In this document: piece after piece, positions 38,187 to 47,487 of the stretch
Numbering within the stretch: the stretch's first letter is position 1
Layout: every line of letters starts with the position of its first letter
Assembly: GCA_016190485.1 (NCBI GenBank)
Contig: JACPQN010000066.1
Coordinates: forward strand, 8,446 to 72,445
Length of the DNA: 64,000 nt
Direction: 5' to 3'
Source of the DNA: Chloroflexota bacterium
GTDB lineage: Bacteria; Chloroflexota; Dehalococcoidia; SHYD01
The notes under the pieces: generated by a model
The model's database searches: none
Told to the model about the DNA's origin: nothing
Seen by the model: the letters and a program-made list of their open reading frames with translations, nothing else
Translations under genes and position numbers: made by a program

Positions 38187-39488
38187 ATGGCGAACATTGA
38201 TGATCACCTGATTCGAAATGTGTTCGACCAATACACTCAGTTGGAAAATCGCCTGACCAACGCCTTGTTTCAGGTCTTTCGCCACGAGCCTGACATAGCT
38301 AGGGAGTTCGTGGTGTGGGCAGGCGGGCCGCCGCACCAACGCGAGCTGCTGCAACTCGCATGCCAGATGACGCCCGCGTCAAATCTAAGTGAACTCGAGA
38401 AAGAGGACTTCCCACGGGCAAGGACCATCCCAGACGGATGGATATTTGATCCCGAAGGCGAGTGGGCTGTAGTGATCGAAAACAAGGTGACTGCAACGCT
38501 AGAGCGCAATCAGATAGAGGGTCACATAACGACAGCGAGGGCTCTCGGATTCAGGGCTATCTTTCCTGTAGTCCTCACCGCGGATCGGGAGGAACCCCCA
38601 GATTTGCGCCAGTGGGCGCCCGCCGGAGTCACTGTGCGGTGGCGGCCGTGGAGAGAGCTATACGTGGAGCTGAAGCCGAAGGATTCGAGCTGGTGGGTTA
38701 AAGAGTTCCTCGGCTACATGGAGGAATTGGAGTTCAGATTTCACGAAGGAGGCAATTCGGAAGTGGAGCTGACAGGCTTTTCTGGGATCCCCTTCGACAA
38801 GGAACACGGGTACAACGCACTCCAGGCGCGTGCCCAATTGCTGGGCCTCATGGCGGCATTGCGGAAACATCCAGGGCTGCTGACGTGCTACCCAAATGTC
38901 CAGCCAGAAGGAAAAAAGACACCGACGTCGGGCGCCATGTGGGACACGATAAAATTCTCCCCTGAGGTCCGCACAACAGCGCCTCACCTTACCCTCGTCA
39001 TCGACCGCGATGACGTGCGACTTCAAGTGATTTTGCCCAATGCGGACAAAACCAAAGGCTGGCAGCGCCTGGTCAGACGAAAAAGAGAAGCGGTCGAGGA
39101 GATTCTGGAGCTCGTCCATGGGCAGGTCCGGAATCTCAGGGGCAGGCCGAAGTGTTTTCTCGACCTGTATCAGCGTCATTTCCTTTACTTGGGGGCGGAG
39201 GGCGTTATAGACGCCAGATTGGAAGTTGACCTGGACGCCGTCTTGGACAAGCAGGACGCGAAGATAGACGGGAAGGTTAAAACGCGCAGAGAATGGTGGC
39301 CGGCTGTATCTGGTCTCATTGCTGCCCCAAAGACGGGGGCAAATCTTGAGCTTTCCCTGGTGTTAAGGTACCGTTACTCAGACAGTGCCACGACGAGTGT
39401 CTTAAACAGCCCAGACTTTGTCGAGGAGGCCGCCGCGGCCTTCATTGCCCTTCACCCCTGGTATGACTTCCTCACCCAAGAAGAGTAA
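38187..39488 (+). CDS. hypothetical protein with N-terminal PD-(D/E)XK nuclease-like core
   Basis: E(20)...IPDGWIF-x12-AVVIENKV matches the E/PD/ExK restriction-endonuclease-fold arrangement; ~300 aa C-terminal region without recognisable motifs; low GC. Confidence 0.45.
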   Translation: MANIDDHLIRNVFDQYTQLENRLTNALFQVFRHEPDIAREFVVWAGGPPHQRELLQLACQMTPASNLSELEKEDFPRARTIPDGWIFDPEGEWAVVIENKVTATLERNQIEGHITTARALGFRAIFPVVLTADREEPPDLRQWAPAGVTVRWRPWRELYVELKPKDSSWWVKEFLGYMEELEFRFHEGGNSEVELTGFSGIPFDKEHGYNALQARAQLLGLMAALRKHPGLLTCYPNVQPEGKKTPTSGAMWDTIKFSPEVRTTAPHLTLVIDRDDVRLQVILPNADKTKGWQRLVRRKREAVEEILELVHGQVRNLRGRPKCFLDLYQRHFLYLGAEGVIDARLEVDLDAVLDKQDAKIDGKVKTRREWWPAVSGLIAAPKTGANLELSLVLRYRYSDSATTSVLNSPDFVEEAAAAFIALHPWYDFLTQEE

Positions 39489-39580
39489 ATCGAGCAAAGG
39501 GGCCTTGACTAGCCGAATTGCGTGGCCTTCTGCTGCATTTGCACATTTGTGTGACCAAGCCATTTTCCTGGAGGAGTAGT

Positions 39581-41275
39581 ATGAAGATCACCTGCTACGG
39601 GGGGGTGGGGCAGATCGGCGGCAACAAGGTGCTGCTGGAGGACGGCCTTACTCGCCTCTTTTTCGATTTCGGCATCCCCTTCGGCGACCGGGCACGTTTC
39701 TTCGAAGAGTACCTGAACCCGCGCCCCGGCGCGGGGCTGCTGGACGTGATGGAGATGGGGCTGCTGCCGCCCCTGCGCGGCATCTACCGCAGCGACCTGG
39801 TGCCGGCCGGCCGGTTCTGGGAGCGGGTGGAGCGGTCGCAACACCTGAGGCCCCACCTGCGAGACCTGGAGCGCCTGGACGGGGTGCTGGTCTCCCATGC
39901 CCACGTGGACCACAACGGGTATCTCTCCTTTCTTGATCCCGGAATCCCCATCTACTCCTCGGCCATGACGGGGTTCATCGCCAAGGCCATGCAGGACAGC
40001 GGACAGACGGACTTCGAGCGGGAGTCGGTGTACGCCGTGCCCCGGAAGGAGAGCGGCGGCGTGCTCACTACGGTGACCTCCAGCAGGTCGAATCCCGCGC
40101 CAGCGCTGCAGCGGCCCTACTACTTCCCCGACCTGGCCGATCTCAGCGCCGAGGCCCTGGACTTCTGGCGTCAGACGCCCGCGGCCCGTCCCATGGATGC
40201 CGTGCTCCCCCGACAGGCGGAGGGCATCGGCGAGCTGCCGGTGCGCTTCTTTCCCGTGGACCACTCCATCTTCGGCAGCAGCGCCTGCGCGGTGGAGACC
40301 TCCGCCGGCTGGGTGGTGTACACCGGCGACCTGCGCTTCCAGGGTGGGACGGCGGCACTGACTCGGGACTTCATCCGGGAGGCGGCCCGGCTCCGCCCGC
40401 GGGTGCTCATCTGCGAAGGGACACGCCTGTCGCCGGAGGGGAACGCCGAGGCGCTCTTCGGCCCTTCGGCAAGCTCAGGACACCGCAGGCTCAGGACGGC
40501 GCCCTTCGGCAGGCTCAGGACGGCGCCGGTGACGGAGGAGCAGGTGCGGGCCAACGCGCTGCGGGCCATCGGGGGCGCCAGCGGCCTGGTGGTGGCCGAC
40601 TTCGGGCCCCGCAACATCGAGCGGCTGCGGGCCTTCCTGGAGATCGCCCGGGAGACCGGGCGGCAGCTCGTGGTGCTGGACAAGGACGCCTACCTGCTGG
40701 GCGCGATGCGCCTGGTGGACTCCGGTGTGCCGGGGGTGGAGGAGGCGCCCAACCTGCTGGTGTACCAGGACCTGCGCGCCACCCTGGCCCTGTGGCAGCG
40801 GGACCTGCGCGACCGGCTGGCCAGCAGGATCGTTGGCCCCAGCCAGGTGCAGGCGCACCTGGGGGAGTTCATCCTCTGCTTCAGCTTCTGGGACATCAAG
40901 AACCTCATTGACATCGATCCGGGGGAGGGCCTCTACCTCTACTCCTCCAGCGAGGCCTATAGCGAGGAGCAGGAGCTGGACCTGTGGCGGCTGCGCAACT
41001 GGCTGCAGCACTTCGGCCTGACGCCCCGGGGTCTTCCCCAGGAGAGCACCGACGAGCGGGGCAGGAAGGTCTACAGGACGCCCCCCGGCGAGGAGGGCTA
41101 CCACGCGTCGGGCCACGCCACGGGCGACGAGATCCTGGCCATGGTGCGGGAGATCAACCCAAAAACGGTGGTGCCGGTGCACACGGAGCACCCGGAGCTG
41201 TTCGTGGAGGGACTGAAGGGGTCCGGAATCGAGGTGCGGTTGCCGGCGTACGGCGAGGCGCTGGAGTTCGGGTAG
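39581..41275 (+). CDS. MBL-fold beta-CASP nuclease (RNase J / Artemis-type family) with in-frame repeat insertion
   Basis: SHAHVDHNG (HxHxDH), ...ASGHA and PVHTEHPE (beta-CASP motifs B/C), N-terminus ITCYGGVGQIGGN like RNase J; insert GPSASSGHRRLRTAPFGRLRTAP at 40461-40523; GGAGGAG RBS. Confidence 0.7.
   Translation: MKITCYGGVGQIGGNKVLLEDGLTRLFFDFGIPFGDRARFFEEYLNPRPGAGLLDVMEMGLLPPLRGIYRSDLVPAGRFWERVERSQHLRPHLRDLERLDGVLVSHAHVDHNGYLSFLDPGIPIYSSAMTGFIAKAMQDSGQTDFERESVYAVPRKESGGVLTTVTSSRSNPAPALQRPYYFPDLADLSAEALDFWRQTPAARPMDAVLPRQAEGIGELPVRFFPVDHSIFGSSACAVETSAGWVVYTGDLRFQGGTAALTRDFIREAARLRPRVLICEGTRLSPEGNAEALFGPSASSGHRRLRTAPFGRLRTAPVTEEQVRANALRAIGGASGLVVADFGPRNIERLRAFLEIARETGRQLVVLDKDAYLLGAMRLVDSGVPGVEEAPNLLVYQDLRATLALWQRDLRDRLASRIVGPSQVQAHLGEFILCFSFWDIKNLIDIDPGEGLYLYSSSEAYSEEQELDLWRLRNWLQHFGLTPRGLPQESTDERGRKVYRTPPGEEGYHASGHATGDEILAMVREINPKTVVPVHTEHPELFVEGLKGSGIEVRLPAYGEALEFG
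40461..40523 (+). repeat. minisatellite insertion in beta-CASP gene (variant units cccttcggcaag / ctcaggacggcg)
   Basis: read directly. Confidence 0.8.
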
Positions 41276-41285
41276 GCAGACTTGC

Positions 41286-43179
41286 GATGTTGCTCTCAGA
41301 AGTCGAACTTGAAAATTTCAAGGGTGTATTCACGAGACAGCGCATTGGCGGGTTGAGACGAGTCAATACGCTCATCGGCCGGAACAATGGTGGCAAGACA
41401 TCTTTGTTGGAAGCCTTGTGGGCTGTCCGAGACTCTCTGGTTGGTGGGCAAGTGGCAGAAGATATGACGACGTTGTTGCCATTTCGTGAGGCTGATAGGG
41501 TGATGAGAATAAGGCTGACATTTGAACTCGAGCAGGAAGAATACCAGCAACTACGCGACCACTTGGAAGTCGATCTCCAGCCTAATATCACTACGATCCC
41601 TGCGGCCTGCACCTGGGAATTTGTTTGGGAGCCAAGCCTGGGCACTGGAAACAGGCTACTTCCAACTTCATGTACATTACGGCTGAATGACCGAAACTTG
41701 ACGGTTTGGGTCGCAGATAGTGCGGGTGATTTGAGGGCTGCGCGCTGGGATGAGGCGCGATCGTTCTACGTCAGTAGAAGGCAGGGACTGGTGCTTCAGC
41801 TTCACAGCATCGGGAGCGTCCAATCGCGTCTACGAGTACAAGGTCCCAATGATGCAGCGCAGTTCGGGATGAATCTTGCGCTTGGCTTTGCCCAAAAGTT
41901 GAGGTTTCGCAGAACAGTCCGGGTGGCCGACGATCGGTCGCCAGCGTCACAGAACAGCGAGCTAGATGAGCAAAGCAAGAACATCTCTCAAGTGCTTCTC
42001 ACGCTGAAAAACAACGAAGCGCAGGTTTTCGAGAGGATCGAGAACACTCTGTGCAGAATTCTGCCTGAAGTACGGGGACTTAGTACGCCCTTAGAGGGTA
42101 CTGAAACGGCCCTAAAGCCAGCCCTCGAAGCTAGCAGACTTGAGAAGCATGCCTTTTACCTGTCTGAAATGGGTTTCGGCACACAGCAGGTACTTGCTCT
42201 CCTGACTACAATCTTTTGCTCTCCCAGTGGAAGCCTAGTCTTGATCGAGGAACCCGAGATATGTCTTCATGCGGATGCCCAAAGAAGTCTCGCAAGTTTT
42301 TTGGTGGAGTACTCAAAGAAAACCAACACGCAATTTATAATGACTACTCATAGCCCCATATTCGCTCCGCAAGGAAGCGAAGGGGCGACTTACCTTGTTA
42401 AGTGGGACCAAGAGAATGGGACTACTTATTCCCGCGTTCGCGAGGGAGAAGCATCGATAATCAAAAGAGAGTTGGGATGGCGAAACGCGGATCTTTTCAT
42501 GAAAGACGGGGTTGTCTTTTGGGAGGGGGAGAGTGAGGATGCTGCAATGCCTATCCTTATTGATGCACTCGGTTATGGAGAAAGGATGCCCGCCATCGCT
42601 TCCATCAGTTTGCGTGGCAGTGTAGCGGATAGGCTGAGAGTGCTACGTGAGTTCCTTCGCTATCTTCAGGGTTCAGACCTGAAACCCTTTGTTTTCTCTG
42701 ACGACGACGAGCACGTGGCGACAACTATTCAGAACTTAATCGCTGAAGGTCTTCTGCCGCAATTGAACTACCACATTTGGGGAAGGAGTCCTGGAAATCT
42801 TTCTGACGTATTGTCAGGGTTGGAATTTGAGGATAATTTCCAGGTTTCGCAACTTATTGAAGCTGCCAACGCCCAGGCAGCGGAATCGGGTCAAGCTGAG
42901 AGACTAACTACTGACGGATTCAGGAAAAGTCGACAGACCATTAAGACAAAGAAAAAGACAAGCAAAGCACTCAACGACTATTTTCACAATAAAGTTGGTC
43001 GAGGGTTGGATAAACCCACGCTGAATAAAGCGTTAGCTCTTATGGTCGCTCGTGAGCTTCGAAATGAAATGCCGAGGTCTGTTCAAACATATGAATTCAA
43101 GGGGGCGATAAAAGATCTGTTCGATGTCCTGTATCCCGTTCGTAAAGGAGAGGCCGAGCAACCCGAGGACCAGATGTAG
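41286..43179 (+). CDS. OLD-family ATP-dependent nuclease (ABC ATPase + TOPRIM), class 1 / orphan GajA-like
   Basis: Walker A GRNNGGKTSLLEAL, Walker B LVLIEEPEICLH, H-loop FIMTTHSP, TOPRIM-like VVFWEGESED and DxD FVFSDDDEH; GC about 50% versus about 68% in flanks. Confidence 0.65.
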
Positions 43180-43181
43180 TC

Positions 43182-45839
43182 ATGGTCCCTCTGAAGCTGG
43201 CGCTGCGCAACTTCATGGCCTACCGGCGGCTGGAGCCGCCGCTGGACTTCACGGGCATCCACGTGGCGTGCCTCTCCGGGCCGAACGGGGCCGGCAAGTC
43301 GGCCCTGCTGGATGCTATGACCTGGGCCCTGTGGGGCCAGGCCCGGGCCCGGTCCGACGACGACCTGATCACCCTGGGCGAGAGCGAGATGGAGGTGGAG
43401 CTGGAGTTCGGCCTGGGGGAGGAGCGCTACCGGGTGCTGCGGAAACGGACCCGGGGCGTCCTGCGGCGGCCCGGTCAGTCCATCCTGGAGCTCCAGATAT
43501 GGGGTGGGGATGGCCCTTCGACAAGCCCTTCGACAAGCTCAGGACACCGCTCAGGACACCGCTCAGGACAGGGCCCTTCGATAGGCTCAGGACAGAGCCT
43601 GTTCCGCCCGCTGACGGGGAACACGCTGCGGGAGACGCAGCGGCAGATCGAGGGGCTGCTGCGGCTGGACTACCAGACCTTCATCAACAGTGCGCTGCTT
43701 CTCCAGGGAAGGGCCGACGAGTTCACCCTGAAGGCGCCGGGCGAGCGCAAACGGGTGCTGGGGGAGGTGCTGGGCCTCTCCCGCTACGACGCCTATGAAG
43801 CCCTGGCCAGGGAGCAGGCCCGCCGCCGGGAGGGCGAGCTGCAGGGCCTGCGGGCCGAGATGACCTCCCTGGAAGAGCAGGTGAGCCACCGGGAGGAGTT
43901 TGAGTCGGAGCTGCAGGGGATCCGGCGGGCGCTTCAGGAGATGAGCATCCAGAGCAAAGCCCAGGAAGAGCGGCTGCGTGCGCTCCAGGAGGCGCAGCGG
44001 CTGCGGGCAGAGAAGCAGGCCCGCCTGGTCGAGGCGCGTGCTCGGACGCAACAGGCTGAGGTGGAGCTACAGGAGCAGCGGCAGCGAGAGGGGGCGCAGA
44101 TGGCGCGCCTCCAGCAGTTCCGGGAGATGCTGGACCAGCGGGAAGCCATCGAGCAGGGGCTGGAGCGCTATCGGAGGCTGGTCGCGGCCGACGATGCGCT
44201 GTCGGCCGGGCTGCAGCAACTGGTGGCGCTGCGGGAGCAGGCCACGGCGCTGGAGCGTACGGTGGAGGCGGCCAGGAGCCGGCTGGAAGCACAGGCCCTG
44301 GTCTTAGAGCGGGAGACCACCGGACTGCGAGAGGTGGCGGCGCGGCGGAGCGGCTTGGCCGAGGCGCAGCAGGCGGCGCGGCGGACGCTGGCGGCCCTGG
44401 CGGAGAAAGACGCAGAGCTCAAGAGCCAGCGGGAGGCGCTGGAGGCGCTGGCGGGGCGCATCGGCGTGCTGGAGCACAGCAATCAGGAGATCACCCGCCA
44501 GGGGCAGGAGATCCGGGCCAAGGCCGAGCAACTGGCCCACCCCGGCGTCCCGGGGGTGTGCCCCCTGTGCGGCACTGAGCTGGGGCCCGAGGGTCACCAG
44601 CGGATCCTGGAGGAGTACCAGGGGGAGCTGGAGCGCCAGCGGGAGCGCTATCGCGAGAACGACCGCGCCATCAAGGAGCTTCAGAAGGAGCAGCAACAGC
44701 GCCAGGCCGGCGCGGCGGCCCTGGAGGCGGCCACGAACCGAGAGCGGGCCGCGGCCCAGGCCCAGGCGGCCACTGCGGCGCAGGGGCTGGCGGAGGCGGA
44801 GAAGGCGGCCACATCCCTGGTCGAGGCCGAGGCCCGCCTGAAGACGATCCAGGAGGGCCTGAGGGCCAACGCCTATGCGCCGGCGGAGCAACAGGCGCTG
44901 GTGGAGGTGCAGCGCCAGATCGCCGGCCTGGGATATAACCAGGAGGAGCACCGGCGCGTGCGCGAGGAGCTGGCCGCCTCAGGCGAGTGGCTCGCCAAAG
45001 GCGAGCGCCTCCAGGAGGCCCTGCGCCGATTGCCCGCGGAGGAGACGGAGCTGGCCAGCGTGCGGGAGGCCGCGGCCCGCTGGGAACAGCGGGCCGCCCA
45101 GGAGGCGGCGCTGGGCGCGGCGCTGGCGGAGGAGCTGGCGGCCCTGCCCGATACCGCCCAGGAGACGGTGGCCGCCCAGCAGAACTTGGAGCAGACCCGC
45201 TCTCAGCTCATGCAGGCCAATGCCGAGCTGGGGCGGGTGCAGACCCTGGTGGACCGCTGCCGGGAGCTGGAGGGCAACATGCGGGAGCGGCGGCGGCAGA
45301 TGACCCAGACGGAGGTAGAGAAGGGAATTTATGAAGACCTCTCCCTGGCTTTCGGGCGTCGGGGGGTGCAGGCGTTGCTTATCGACGCGGCGCTGCCGGA
45401 GCTGGAGGAGGAGGCTAACAGACTCCTGGGTCGCATGACTGACAACTGCCTCAGCCTGCGCCTGGAGACCCAGCGCCAGACCCGCGGCGGCGGCATGGCG
45501 GAGACGCTTGACATAAGAATTGCGGACGAGCTGGGGACCCGGGCCTATGAGCTGTACAGCGGCGGCGAGGCCTTTCGGATCAACTTCGCGCTGCGCGTCG
45601 CCATCTCCAAGCTGCTGGCCCGGCGGGCAGGGGCGCCCTTGCCGACCCTGGTGATAGACGAGGGCTTCGGCACTCAGGACGCTGCGGGCCGGGAGAAGCT
45701 TATCGAGGCGGTGAACGCCATCGCGGGGGACTTCGAGCGGGTGCTGGTGATCACCCACATCGACGAACTGAAGGACGCCTTCCCGGTGCGGATCGAGGTG
45801 ACCAAGACGCCGGAGGGGTCACGGGTGGAGGTGGTGTGA
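43182..45839 (+). CDS. sbcC: exonuclease SbcC (Rad50/SMC-like ATPase) with in-frame minisatellite insertion
   Basis: N-terminal Walker A GPNGAGKSALLDA, long coiled coil, zinc hook CPLCG, C-terminal signature/Walker B; insert at 43512-43597. Confidence 0.85.
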   Translation: MVPLKLALRNFMAYRRLEPPLDFTGIHVACLSGPNGAGKSALLDAMTWALWGQARARSDDDLITLGESEMEVELEFGLGEERYRVLRKRTRGVLRRPGQSILELQIWGGDGPSTSPSTSSGHRSGHRSGQGPSIGSGQSLFRPLTGNTLRETQRQIEGLLRLDYQTFINSALLLQGRADEFTLKAPGERKRVLGEVLGLSRYDAYEALAREQARRREGELQGLRAEMTSLEEQVSHREEFESELQGIRRALQEMSIQSKAQEERLRALQEAQRLRAEKQARLVEARARTQQAEVELQEQRQREGAQMARLQQFREMLDQREAIEQGLERYRRLVAADDALSAGLQQLVALREQATALERTVEAARSRLEAQALVLERETTGLREVAARRSGLAEAQQAARRTLAALAEKDAELKSQREALEALAGRIGVLEHSNQEITRQGQEIRAKAEQLAHPGVPGVCPLCGTELGPEGHQRILEEYQGELERQRERYRENDRAIKELQKEQQQRQAGAAALEAATNRERAAAQAQAATAAQGLAEAEKAATSLVEAEARLKTIQEGLRANAYAPAEQQALVEVQRQIAGLGYNQEEHRRVREELAASGEWLAKGERLQEALRRLPAEETELASVREAAARWEQRAAQEAALGAALAEELAALPDTAQETVAAQQNLEQTRSQLMQANAELGRVQTLVDRCRELEGNMRERRRQMTQTEVEKGIYEDLSLAFGRRGVQALLIDAALPELEEEANRLLGRMTDNCLSLRLETQRQTRGGGMAETLDIRIADELGTRAYELYSGGEAFRINFALRVAISKLLARRAGAPLPTLVIDEGFGTQDAAGREKLIEAVNAIAGDFERVLVITHIDELKDAFPVRIEVTKTPEGSRVEVV
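43512..43597 (+). repeat. minisatellite insertion in sbcC
   Basis: gcccttcgacaag x2, ctcaggacaccg x3, gcccttcgataggctcaggacag. Confidence 0.85.
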
Positions 45840-45967
45840 GGGGACTCGTGTCCTGTCTTTGAAGCTCGTTGACAAACTCCGGCGGGACGGTCCTTGCGAG
45901 CCCGACGAAGGAGGGCGTGGCAATCTGGGGGCGGGAAGCCGGCCATACCCCCGCCCAGGTTGCTTAG

Positions 45968-46003
45968 CTTGTCCTGAGCACCGTCGAAGGGCTAGCCGAA
46001 GGG
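45968..46003 (-). repeat. intergenic copy of the minisatellite unit in reverse orientation
   Basis: cttgtcctgagcaccgtcgaagggctagccgaaggg = reverse complement of the cccttcg...ctcaggacaag units. Confidence 0.7.
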
Positions 46004-46055
46004 TCGCCTCTGGCTTCTCGCAATGACATTCGGGGCGTTCTTCAGGGACACCACA

Positions 46056-47294
46056 CTAGAAAAGGGCGATGGGGTTGACCGGACAGCCGGTCGCGTTGGC
46101 GAACTTCAGGGGCGCAATGACCAGCAGGAACTCCCACCTCCCCAGGCGCTGACATTCCAGCGCCAGGTCCTCAAGATACGCGTTGTCCATAAGCCAGAGA
46201 CCCAGGCCGGCCATCCCGACGCCGTGGAACGGCCCGGTGGTACGGGGGAACTCGACAGGCCGCACGTCGTTGGCCACATCGCCCCCCAATACCGCGATGT
46301 CCCGCTCACGGACCCAGGGCAGGCAGGCGGCTTGAGGGCCTGCGTGGACTGCGGCCCCTGGCTGCGGGCCCACCGTCCTGCGGCGTTTGTGGTGGCCTGT
46401 CCGGAACAGCAGGATATCGCCGGGCTCGACTCGCACACCTTCGGCCGCCTCTGTTGCTTCCAGGTCTTCGGGCCAGATCTCCGTGCCGGGCTCCAGCCAG
46501 TCCACTCCCTTGAGACGCGGTATGTCCAACAGGACTCCCCTACTGACGATGCCGCCGCCGGCCAGGTCGACGGAACCGGACAGGGCGCCCTGCTGGGTAG
46601 TGACGCGGTTAGCTGGGACGCCATTGAACATGGTGAGGGGCCCGCCGGGTGTCTGCCGCCACATGGTGTGCGAAGGGGCATCCATGTGGGTGATGGTGAA
46701 GCCGTGAGGCTGGAACTGGAAAAAGTCCCCTGGATTGACTCTGCCCACGTGGTCCGGCGCAGTGAAACGCTCGCCGCTGCTGAGCATAAAGTGTCGTGGG
46801 GGGAAGAGGTTATCAACTTCGCTCGCATAGGCGATAGGCAGGGCGCAGGAGATGCTGGTCCCCTCTCTGGCGAGGGCGCCCGCCTGGGCCCGTTTTTGGG
46901 GCGTGATCAGGTTCAGCGTCCCCAGCAACTCGTCTGTACCCCAGCGGCCCCAGTTGCTGAGGGTGTTGAACCAGTCGAAGATCTGGGCCTCCGTAGGGCG
47001 GTCCGCGCCTAGCGGCAACGGCGACTTCAGGGGGCCACCCATCGCTCGGGCCAGAGCTTCAGGGGCGGGTCCCGCGCCACCGCTCACGCTGGCTGCCGCG
47101 GCCCCACCCGAGGTCGCCACGAAGGCGGCAGCCCCGCCGGCCATAGCGCTCACCAGGAATGACCGGCGGTTCACCGGCGTATTCAGGACGCTGGAAGGAG
47201 CGGTTTCTCCATCGCTCCCCGCCGGCTTTTCTTCGCATGCAGTCAGGAAGGAACTTTCGTCCCCCGCCACATTCAGTCTCTTCTGCCTCGCCAT
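46056..47294 (-). CDS. cyclase family protein (kynurenine-formamidase-like) with Tat signal
   Basis: RRSFLVSAMAGGAAAF twin-arginine signal; HMDAPSH cyclase-family metal motif. Confidence 0.75.
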   Translation of the reverse strand: MARQKRLNVAGDESSFLTACEEKPAGSDGETAPSSVLNTPVNRRSFLVSAMAGGAAAFVATSGGAAAASVSGGAGPAPEALARAMGGPLKSPLPLGADRPTEAQIFDWFNTLSNWGRWGTDELLGTLNLITPQKRAQAGALAREGTSISCALPIAYASEVDNLFPPRHFMLSSGERFTAPDHVGRVNPGDFFQFQPHGFTITHMDAPSHTMWRQTPGGPLTMFNGVPANRVTTQQGALSGSVDLAGGGIVSRGVLLDIPRLKGVDWLEPGTEIWPEDLEATEAAEGVRVEPGDILLFRTGHHKRRRTVGPQPGAAVHAGPQAACLPWVRERDIAVLGGDVANDVRPVEFPRTTGPFHGVGMAGLGLWLMDNAYLEDLALECQRLGRWEFLLVIAPLKFANATGCPVNPIALF

Positions 47295-47487
47295 GGCATC
47301 CTCCCTCTGTGCGCGATGATCTTGCAGGTCCGCTGCGGAATATGGCAGACTCTAGCATCACAAGGAATGCATGTCAAGGGAAATCGTACAGGTTGGAAAG
47401 CTTACGGAGACCGTAAGAAGCGAGCGGATTCCATGCGCTTAAGGCTTCCGCTGAACTGGGGAAGCGTGAAAACTAAGGAGGTAAGAC

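Noticed and set aside
45840-46055. Apparent GGGGGCGGG...CCCCCGCCC hairpin
   Set aside because: On checking, the two arms are mirror repeats rather than reverse complements, so no stem can form.
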